A DNA stretch of 64,000 nt, taken from assembly GCA_051294375.1 (NCBI GenBank), contig CM119270.1, forward strand, positions 7,616,197 through 7,680,196, written 5' to 3'. The notes beneath the pieces are model-generated. The model worked only from the letters and a program-made list of their open reading frames with translations. It made no database searches and had not been told where the DNA came from. Source of the DNA: Paraspadella gotoi (taxonomy: Eukaryota > Animalia > Chaetognatha). Of the stretch, positions 53,339-64,000 are shown one piece after another; position 1 is the stretch's first letter; the number at the start of each line of letters is the position of its first letter. Position numbers and translations under genes: made by a program.

Positions 53339-55808
53339 CAGAGAGAGAGCGAGGAGAGAAGAGAGCATGGAAGATGAGAGAGAGATGAATAAAACCAATA
53401 TATGAAAAAACCGATCTCTCTCCTGAAATTGAAAAACGCTTTTCTGTGAAACACCTGAGAAACGAAGAGAGAGAGGGAGAGAAGAGAGAGATAAATTTAA
53501 AAAAAAAGAAAAACGAATAGAATTAAAGAAAAGAGAAGAAAAGAAGAGAAAAGAACTAAAAGAAAAGAGAAGAGAAGACATCAGGGCTGCAGCTTCGAGG
53601 AGAAGAGTTATCGTCGCCCATGAATCTATTGTCGCTTCTGGGTTTTTCATTTCCGCGAGCAGAGAGAAAGAAGAGAAGAAAGGAGGAAAGAAAAGAGAGG
53701 AGAAAAAAGGGAAATAGAAAAGTAAGAGAAGAAAGAGGGAACGATAAGAGAGGTGAAAGGTGAAGATTTGAGTTAAGAGATCAAAAAGACAAAAATGGAG
53801 AAAGAGGAGAAAAAAAAATAGAAGAAAGAGAGATTTGTTTTTAATTTTCTTTATAAAGAAAGAAAACGAAGGAAAGAAAAGAAGTTGAGGAAAGAAATGA
53901 AGCGGAGGAAAGAGAAGAAGTTGAGGAAATGAAGGAAGCGAAGGGAAAAAAAAGCGGAGGAAAGAAATGAAGCGGAGGAAAGTGGGCGGAATCGAGTGGA
54001 GGAAGAAATGAGGAAAGAAGGAAAGAAGAACATGGAGATTGGAGAAGAGGGAAGAGGAAAATGGATGATATTAATGACATAAATAACAAAACAAGTCGCC
54101 TTCGTCGCGAGGATGAATCGTGGAGGACGACGACGAAAACGACGATGATAACGACGATGACAGATGATAGAAGAGAAAAGGATGACTGCGACAATGACGA
54201 TGAAGATGACGAAGAGGAATGACGAAGACGATGAAGATCATAAAGCAGAGGTTGGTTAAGATCAAGGAAAATATTTTTTTTTTACCCGACGACGATGAAT
54301 ATTGACGAAAAGATAACCACAATGACAAATATAGTGACGATGACAAAACAAAAAATCGAAACTCAAAAGACGATGACGACCAAAAAAAAAGTAATAAGAA
54401 GGTCGGAGAGGATCGCGATCAATTTTGACGACGATAGCGACGATGAAATATAGGAAAAGACAAGAGCGACAATTATGGGATATTGACAAGGACGGGGACG
54501 ATGAAAACGACGACGACGACGACGACAACGACGACTAGTAGAATATCAAGACGGCGACAACGACGACGCCCAAGATGGAACTAAAAATAAAAAAAATACA
54601 AAACAAAACAAAACAAAACACGAAAAAAAAAATTTGTACGAACCCAGAGGGCAGCGCCGGCGGCCCGTGCCGGCTACGAAATATTGAGAAACTTAAAAAA
54701 AAAAAAAAGAAAGAAAAGAAAATGAAAAAAAAAATTGAGGGGAAAAAGATAAATTTTCCTTCTGCGTCTCGTCGTCTGCAAAGCGTCGAAAGAGAAGGAG
54801 AAAGAGAAATCATTTTCTTAAACGACTCGCGACGTTGAACGGTGTACTGGGGGAAAGAAGAGGAAGAGGACGAGGAGAAGGGGATGGATGGATGATGGAG
54901 ACTGGCAACGGAGTCTATCGATGAGGTCTGACATCGGGTGGCGATGAAGACTGGTAAAAAAAAATGAAAGTGTGGCAACGTGAGGCAGAGTGGCAAAGGA
55001 TTTAATTCGAGAAAATGATGAAAAAAAAAGGCGCCATCTTTGGATAACCAATAAAGGTGTAAAGGTGTAACCAATAAAGAAATACGAGCAGAAATAATTT
55101 GAAAATACGTCATCTGAGTAAGGAATAAAAAGGTATTGTGCCATATTTTTCTGTTTCTTTTTTTTTTTCTCTCTCGGCTTATTTTTTTTCTCTCTTTTCT
55201 AATTCTCTTTTTTTTCTTCTCTTTTCTACTGATTTTCGGTTTCTCTCATATCTTCTGTCTGCTTTCTCTCTCTCTTCTCTTCTGCTCCTCTTCTCGAGTC
55301 TCTCGTCTCTCTCTCTCTCTCATCATTCGTCTCTCTGCTCTCTCTCTCTCTCTTCTCTCTTTTTTTTCTTCTTTTCCCACAAATTTTTGCCATTTTTTTC
55401 CTCATGTCACGCCAGGTGATGAAGCGGATTATGTGATGTGACTTCGGGTGCGTTAGTATGTCACTTGTGTCGCGATCTCTCTCTCTCGACTCCACTTCTC
55501 TCTCTCTCTCTCTCTCTTTCTTTCTGTCTCTCTCTCTCTCTTTCTCTCATCTTATTCACGTGTTGCTTACGATTATGAATGCCTAAAATATTCAAGAATC
55601 GAAACCCACAGCCTCCAATTTTCTTTTTTTTTTTCTTTGTTTTTTCCACTGTTTGACATTTGCGATTCAATGGAATTTTTACCGAATTTACCGAAGATCT
55701 GAGNNNNNNNNNNNNNNNNNNNNNNNNNGAGAGAGAAAAAAAGGAAAGTCATTTCCTCTCTATTCCGTGGGTTGTCACTATTTGACGCCTTTAGGATGAG
55801 AGAGAGAT

Positions 55809-55852
<44 letters not shown>

Positions 55853-57639
55853 CTTTCTCCAGGTTCAATTCTCTCGTCAGACTTTGTGACTTCGATCCAG
55901 GGTCTCTCTATTTCTTCTCGTCTCTTCTTTTCAATTTCCTTTAGGACTTCGATTTACTCCCCCCCCCTCACCCCGAATCCTTCTCGGGGTCATTGCTCTA
56001 CCGCTCCGACCGCGCCATCTATCTTGGACATAACCACGCGTCTGTCACTTTTGGTAGAGTAATGACATTACTCAATTGGCTAAAAAAGAATTGTGTCGAT
56101 CAAATTAGATTATTTTCCATATCTTTAAAACGTTTTAGAACAAATTAAACTGGGTTGTCACTTTTTAAATACTTTTAGAATGCTCTCTGTTTTACATGTT
56201 TAATCGTCAAGGCTTTTTCCTTTAATACAAGTGTTGTCATTTATTTTTTCATTGAATTTTCAATACATATTTCAAAACAAACGAATGGGACAAAAGTCTA
56301 TAAATTATAAATTCTCATTGGAAATTATTTTGGATTGTAATATTTTCGTTTGATCTTCTCTTCTATCAAAAGCGCCGACGAAACTGATCTAAGACGCTCT
56401 GTTGTTGTTTCTGTTATTGTCCTTGTTATTGTTGTTGTTGTTGTTGTTTTTTCAATCGATTTCCATCTTCTGATGCCATCGGCGATTCTGCTTCAATGTG
56501 TAATGGAAGAGATTGATGCTCGGAGCGTAATATCGAAATATTGTCAAGTGTACGAACTACGAAATGTTTAGAAAAGATGAAGAAGACGATGGTTTACATT
56601 TACACCATGCCCTTCTTTTAAGTATATATATATTTTTTATTTATTTTTAGTCGGATCTGCTTATCAGATTTCGAATCTATATTCACTTTTGTGTGGTCCG
56701 GCGGTCCCACCCAAATCTTTGTCGCTAAACCATTTTTATCTTATCAGAAACTCCGGAATTATAATAAATTATGCAAAAAATAAAAAATTATTTTCCGATC
56801 CGTCGCAGTCCGTTCCCCCCTATAGCATTAAACTCAATATTACTCGTTATTGGATGATGGATTGGAATTATTATAATGAAGTGTTAAGTAGGAAAGTGTT
56901 ATGATTTGAGTTGAGCGATATAAAGTTTCGATGGAATCGTGCCGAGTGGAAATGGATGCGATAGTAGAAAAAACAAAAATATATTTCAGTATTTTTGAAC
57001 GACGATTACTCATGAGTGGATGCGGGCGATGACTTGAAATTTTGTCATGTGGTGTAAGCTGTGTGATACTAAAGCTGGAAATTAAAAGTTTCGATGGATA
57101 TCGACTGATTTGGAAATAAGTTTAAATGGAAAAAACAAAAAAACCTGTTTCACTAATTGATATGCTTCTTTTTCTTTTTATATTAAATTTAAATGCAAGA
57201 GATGTATTAATTAATCAAATAATAATCAGTTAATTTAATCAATTTAGACAGATTAAATAATAAAAAATTAATAATCCGTGTCAATTAATCAATCAATTTT
57301 ATTATTCAATAAATCAATTTTATTTTAGGTTATTCATTAATTATTAATTATCAATCAATCATTTATTTATTTAAAATAATTAATTAATTTATTCATAATC
57401 AATCACTCAAGTCAATCCTTATATTGTCATCGTCGCATCATCGGGTATTTATCGTTGCTTTGTCGGGTGGTCAGTGGACGAAAATATCTTAAACAAACCC
57501 GGTAATCCAATTAATTGATATTTATTACATTAATCCATTATTTATTTTAGTTTAATAGTTTGTACTATTGAATAATTAATAACTTACCGTAATGATCGTG
57601 GGCAGAATCCGACAATTTGTTTTGCCTCAAAACTTGTTT

Positions 57640-57688
57640 TTATTTTTTTTTTTTTATTTATTTATTTATTTATTTATTTATTATTTTT

Positions 57689-57720
<32 letters not shown>

Positions 57721-57800
57721 TTATTTTATTTATTTATTTTTTATTTACTTTATTTATTATTTATTTATTTATTTGTTTATGTATATATTTATTTATTTAT
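57640..57800. repeat. (TTTA)n microsatellite
   Basis: Direct reading. Confidence 0.93.
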
Positions 57801-58952
57801 TCTTATAAAATTTTTATTCTTCTTTTCTTTCTTTTCTTCTTTCTTTCTTTCTTTTTTTCTTTTCTTTCTTTCTTTCTTTTCTTTTCTTTAATTTTTCTTT
57901 TCATTCCTTCCTTTACACCAATTTTTATTGATTCTTTCTAAGGAAGATTTAATTCAAAAGAATAAAAAAGCACAAAATAAAAATCGATATTTTTTTTCAC
58001 AAAATAAAAAAAAACAAAAATTAGAGCAAAAATTAAATCGAGTATAAATTTGATGAACGTTTTTAAAAGTCCCTTTATTCGCTCGTTGATGCATAACTTC
58101 CATGTCTTTTTCGAAAGCTCTACTCAAATGGCAGCGACAATGACAGGAATCGGTTGCAATTGACGGAAAAAGACGGAAAATGATAGAAAATAAAAAGAAA
58201 AATTTCGGAGAAAAAGGAGAAAAAGAGGAAAACGAGGGGACGAACTAACGGAGAAGTAAAAGGAAAAAAAAAAGACTGAGTTGGACCTTTTGGCAAAAAA
58301 ATCTCTTTCATTAAGACGACAGGTGCGACGAAAACTTCAATTCATTCTCTCGATGGAATATTAGCAGATTAAACTAAATCGGACGAAAAGGTAGAAATCT
58401 TTTCGGAGAGAAAGCTACGGAAGGATTCGATGATTATGATAAGAAAAGGAGTGAAAGCCGATCGGGGAGGAAGAAGCAGGCAGATCGGGGAAAATAATTA
58501 AGCTGAAACTCATTTTTTTGGTGTTGTTTTTTTTTTGTTGTTGTTTTGTTTTGTTTTTTTAGGCGAGAGATTAGGATAGTGATGAGGAATTTGCGTTTTT
58601 AAAGTTTGAACTGGCTGTTGCGATTTTAATTAGCGTTTTCTACTAAACGTAAAGAAAACATAACATTAACATAACATTGACAATCAAAATATACTTCAAA
58701 TTCAAATTCAACATACAGAATGACATAGCAGGTTAAAACCAAAGAAATGGTAGGAGCTTCACTAAGATTATTTTGTTTGTGATTCTATTTTTTTAGGCAA
58801 CTTCTCGCGAAATTAGTGGGTCTTTGGGTCGGTCGGTCTGTCGGTCTATTTTGTCGGTTTGTTGGCGACAATCTACAGTCGAGCCAGCCGTTTCCTTTAA
58901 TCCACGGAGGCAGCTTTATCGTCTCCAGAGATTTAATGCCGCAAAACGAAGA

Positions 58953-59012
<60 letters not shown>

Positions 59013-59219
59013 AATTCCACGAAATTGACATGAAATTGATCAGGCAGTTGGTCTATTTTTTTTTTCGTCTTTCTTTCAGTTTTCTCCTGATTTCGAATCC
59101 AAAAAAAGGGAGAGAAAAATTTCAATGGCGACGCAAATGAAATTTAGATTGAGTTGTCTAATTTTTATTTACATGATAAAAATATATGTAAATCTTATGC
59201 TTAGAACAGAATGAATTGC

Positions 59220-59795
59220 AATAAACGAAGGGATGAATAAATAAATGAATGAATTAATGAATTTATAAATTAATGAATGAAGGATAGAACGAATAAAATA
59301 ATGAATAAATGAATGAATCAATGGATAAATGAATAAATGATTAAATGAATGAATTAACGAATGAATGAATGAATAAATGAATTAACGAATGAATGAACGA
59401 ATGAATTATTGAATGAATGAAAGATAGACCGAATGAATGAACGAATGAATTATTTAATGAATGAAGTATAGAATGAATAAATGAATGAAAGAATAAATGA
59501 ATGAATTAATGAATGAATAAATAAATGAATTAATGAAAGAATGAATGAGTGAAGGATAGAACGAATAAATGAATGAAAGAAAAAATCAATGAATGAATGA
59601 AAGAATGAATCAATGAATGAATAAATGAATAAACAAATGAATGGATGAATGAATGGATGAATGATTTATTGAATGAATGATTTATTGAATGAATGAATTA
59701 TTGAATGAATGAAGGATAGAACGAATAAATGAATTAATGAATGAATAAATGAATGTATGAATGAATAAACGAATGAACGAATGAACGAATGAAAG
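59220..59795. repeat. Long degenerate (GAAT)n array, about 570 bp
   Basis: Direct reading, with a recurring tgaaggatagaacgaataaa variant. Confidence 0.93.
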
Positions 59796-61686
59796 TTCAA
59801 AAAGAGCGATCCATCAACATGAATCAATACGAATTCGTCTAAAATCTTTTTCGTCGACGTCTATATTCCGATTTGCAGAAGAGAAAGCGAAAGAGGAAAT
59901 TCCAAAGACGACGATGGAACCGAGAAATCGGATCTGCTCCTTTTTTCTTTTTGTCCTTTTCTTTTTTTCACGAGTGAGTTTTGATTGTTTTTTTTTGTTT
60001 TTTTAATTTGTTTTATATGTTTGTGTTATTTTTTTTTGCACGATTGTGAAGAAAAGGAAAATGTTAAATATAAAAAATTATTTCAAAAACTCGTTTAAAA
60101 AATATTTAAAAGAAAGATATAAAAAATAAATAAACAAGAGAGAAAATAGAGAAAAGAAGCGACGTAGAAAAGATGAGTTGAACAAACCCCAAAAAATGAC
60201 CGTCTTTACAAAACAGAAAACAGAAAACAGAGCAGAAAACCACTTTTNNNNNNNNNNNNNNNNNNNNNNNNNNNNNNNNNNNNNNNNNNNNNNNNNNNNN
60301 NNNNNNNNNNNNNNNNNNNNNNNNNNNNNNNNNNNNNNNNNNNNNNNNNNNNNNNNNNNNNNNNNNNNNNNNNNNNNNNNNNNNNNNNNNNNNNNNNNNN
60401 NNNNNNNNNNNNNNNNNNNNNNNNNNNNNNNNNNNNNNNNNNNNNNNNNNNNNNNNNNNNNNNNNNNNNNNNNNNNNNNNNNNNNNNNNNNNNNNNNNNN
60501 NNNNNNNNNNNNNNNNNNNNNNNNNNNNNNNNNNNNNNNNNNNNNNNNNNNNNNNNNNNNNNNNNNNNNNNNNNNNNNNNNNNNNNNNNNNNNNNNNNNN
60601 NNNNNNNNNNNNNNNNNNNNNNNNNNNNNNNNNNNNNNNNNNNNNNNNNNNNNNNNNNNNNNNNNNNNNNNNNNNNNNNNNNNNNNNNNNNNNNNNNNNN
60701 NNNNNNNNNNNNNNNNNNNNNNNNNNNNNNNNNNNNNNNNNNNNNNNNNNNNNNNNNNNNNNNNNNNNNNNNNNNNNNNNNNNNNNNNNNNNNNNNNNNN
60801 NNNNNNNNNNNNNNNNNNNNNNNNNNNNNNNNNNNNNNGGGGAGGAGGAAAGGGGAAAGTGGGAAGAGGGTGCGGAGGAGGGGGCAGAGGATGAAGAGTG
60901 AGTGCGTGGGAGGAAGAGAAAGAGGAAAAACGGATCTGTGGATGAAACGAGGATAATGAGAAGGAAAAGGAAAAGGAAAAAAGTAAAAACTGGACGGATG
61001 TATGGATGGATTGGAAGGTTAGACGGACTGACAGGACCGAAGGGCTGATGAATTAAAAAGTAAGAGGATTAAGTGAATTAATATATTAACCAATGATTGA
61101 GGGAATGATGGTTGGATAGATAGATTGACGGATAGATGGATGGATAGATGGAGAGAAAGATGAATGAGATAATGTATGGTCATTTAATGTCCAGGTGAGA
61201 AACGGAAAAAACTTCTCTGGATAGGTTTTTCTATGATCAGTTCATTTGCCTTTTCAAGCTAAAAAAGTAATATATAATTTTTTTATTACACCCTATATAT
61301 TTTAAAATTAAACAAAGACTAAGTCATACTAATCAATGTCTCTTTTTACTTTATAATAAGTTCTGCATATTAAAGTCTTTTATCATCGAGTTAAAACGAA
61401 CGACGAAGAGCGGCCATTCACGGAGGTGTTAGGTCTGACATGGGCTTCCAAGGGAGCAAGCCACGANNNNNNNNNNGAAATTGAAAAGTTGCCAGTCTCA
61501 TCTCTCTTTCCCTTTTTTTCTCTTCGAGATTTGTTTTTACTGTTTTTTGTTTTGTTTTTTTTCTTTGTTTTTCTGTTTTTTTTTTCTTTTTTCTCTCTTT
61601 CATCCCTGTTTCTCTCTCGGCATTTTCGCTTTGTTTTTTTCCTGTTTTCATGTGAAGCAGGGAAACATTATAACGGGGTCTCTCTT

Positions 61687-61738
<52 letters not shown>

Positions 61739-62699
61739 CCTGGCGCCACAAACGATCCTTCCCCGTCCTGTTGATTGTCGTCGACGCCGTTAAAGCGACG
61801 CCCCGCGGCGAGAGATTGACCGCCGTGGAATTTCTTTTCGTCTCGCCCGCGACTGACGGCTGCGTCGGAAAAGTTTGCTTTTAATCGTTTCACGTAATAT
61901 AAATTTTGAGGTAAAATTTGATAACATCTATATATCTATATTATGTATTAATTTTTCTTTTATATTTAATTATTCTTTTCTTTTAATTACTCATTATTTC
62001 CCAGGTTATCATTTATAATAGTTTATTAGAAAAAAAATATTTAAAAAAAAAAAAAAAAAAAAAACAACGAATTAATGCCAAAATTTTTTTTGAGAGATAA
62101 TTTGACAATTTTATTTATTTTCTTGAAAAGAAATAATCACGTTTGTTTTTCCAGAAGATTTTTAAATATTTGATCTATAAGTTATCATTAATAGAGTTGT
62201 TTCAAACTAAAACTATGATAACCATCTATCTGTAATTGCCTTTGACTTATTATACACTGCTTATGCCAATTTTCCATTTTGCAAGAAAGCTGTTTTTTCT
62301 GATTACCCTACATCCCATATATCACATAAGACAATATAATCGCAGTAATCTGCAAAACTAATCCCTTCTTAAGTAATACTCTGTATAGATCGGTAATACT
62401 TATCTCACAGTGAATAATGAGCAGGGGATATTTCTCGAATCGATATGATAATTGTTTTATTAGCATTCTTCGATTTAAAAAAAAACACACAATTCCTTTT
62501 GTCAGAGAACCGAATCATAACAGTTAAACAACTGAGATCGCCGAAGTTTGACAAGAAGCAAAATGCCATTGCTCAAAAAACAGATTCTCACAAAAAAAGC
62601 CTGAATTAGGTTAAAATTAAAAAAGATTGACTTTTCTTTTGAATATTTTAAAAACAAGAGGGAGAGATATTACACTAGTTCTTTCCAGAAAAAAAACTA

Positions 62700-63750
62700 A
62701 TTAATCAAGGGAAAAGATGAAGGACACGCCGCACAATACAAGCCTAACATGAAGCGAACAAACCAGTCAATCGACTATCCACGCTCCCGCCAATGGTTTT
62801 CCAGATGTTGTAGGACTCAAATCGGACACTACATTGTGTGTGGATATGTATGTTCCATCACCATAAAAATCATTGAACGTCTCACGATGCAATGAACAAG
62901 AAAACTGCCAAAAAATACACACGATAAACCAAATCATTATCAGTGATGATGCTCTCTGAAATTAACCAGCACGAGGTGTCCGACCGCACGTCTTCAAAAT
63001 CTGTGAGGCAAGTCAGCAACGAGGACAGAAACGGTGTTGATTCATACCCACCTCCCAGACCGGTGACGTCAATTTCCCCTTCATTCCTGGCGGATCATTC
63101 TCTTGTATGCTACAATGAATCGATTACTTACTTATATCTATAGGCTTAGGTAATCGAGGCGAACAAAAAACTTGAAGGCGCTCCCTACTCATTCCGGTAA
63201 GCCAGCACATGACGTAATTATGAGCTTGCGAACAGAGGAAAATTTAAGATAACGATACAAACTGTTCAAGTTTATAAGAGCGACACACTTTCGGGACTGT
63301 CAGAGATGATATCCCGAATCGAAGACAAGGTGGCGACGTTGTGACTGCGGAAAACATGTCTGACCCTGAGTGACAGATTTATCTGAAATTGGAAAGGAAA
63401 CTGCGCCCCGATTCTCCCATATTGCAAGGATGTTTAACGTCTTGATGAGTGGTTGATGTATTGATGATTTTATCGCCTATATGATACATCGTATTAATTG
63501 CGAACTTGCACCTATATACTCAAATGTATCAAGTAGTTAACAGTAGGCTAGAGGAAAAGTAGACGCGAGAGAAGTCGTTAACTATTTGGCCACAACAGAT
63601 AATAACACAATTACAAGACCGATGATATCCATCGCAAATGATAATAATCAGGACCAAAAACAGAATCAATTCGTGACCTCGGATAAATATCCGCCTAACG
63701 TCGTGGATTCCGAGCGAACATGCATCCAAGAAAGCTTCTTTAATTAGTTG
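62700..63750. other. High-complexity island, possible error-laden coding exons
   Basis: SSR-free. Plus strand has VIEANKKLEGAPYSFR|GTAAGC (about 63150-63196) and a 67-codon frame 63547-63747 (ARGKVDAREVVNYL..FFN*). The minus strand has membrane-protein-like fragments. Unresolved. Confidence 0.3.
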
Positions 63751-64000
63751 ACAACAAGATAATTTAATACACATACATCTGTAAATAAGAGTCTCAACGT
63801 CCCTGGACTGTGCGCCCTGACAGTATCTCTTTTATATAAGCTCTCTTTTTTCTTAATATCTTTCGTGTATTTAGATTCGTGTTCTTTCTTTCTGCTTCTT
63901 CTTTTCTTTCAAACGGCATAAGCTAGCAATATGTACGTTATTATTACTTTAAACGTATATACATATGTAGTTTGTGATTATTGATATGAATTCGGATTAT

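Noticed and set aside
60178-60894. Long ORFs spanning N-gaps (this one and many others)
   Set aside because: They are open only because N runs translate as X.

Overview
Eukaryotic, AT-rich, microsatellite-saturated draft sequence with about 30 N-gaps and long stretches showing the insertion-rich error pattern of unpolished long reads. It is probably an arthropod, plausibly a malacostracan crustacean (inferred from AG/GAC repeat density and the gene family seen). There are no prokaryotic operons, rRNA, intact tRNA or CRISPR, and almost all listed ORFs are spurious translations of SSRs, satellite or gaps. Best-supported gene signal: two minus-strand exons (9127-9240 and 2129-2242, the latter running into a gap) encoding Cys-patterned peptides (..VCRLILGDAPLYSMF.. 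and ..CNNPDSRLDACADDRKLVFRQRPC..ES). I recognise these from memory as the uncharacterised arthropod DUF7042/DUF7044 (PTHR22255-type) family; this needs an HMM check. A frameshift-riddled E/K/R coiled-coil coding stretch lies on the plus strand at about 37.3-39.5 kb. The most unusual structure is a roughly 8 kb repeat complex (26.0-34.1 kb). It comprises modular tandem units, a degenerate TAACCC tract, and a 16-bp satellite with about 230-bp higher-order periodicity that flips orientation four times (foldback- or Helentron-like). Four local tandem duplications look like assembly artefacts. I found no convincing novel biological system beyond these candidates.
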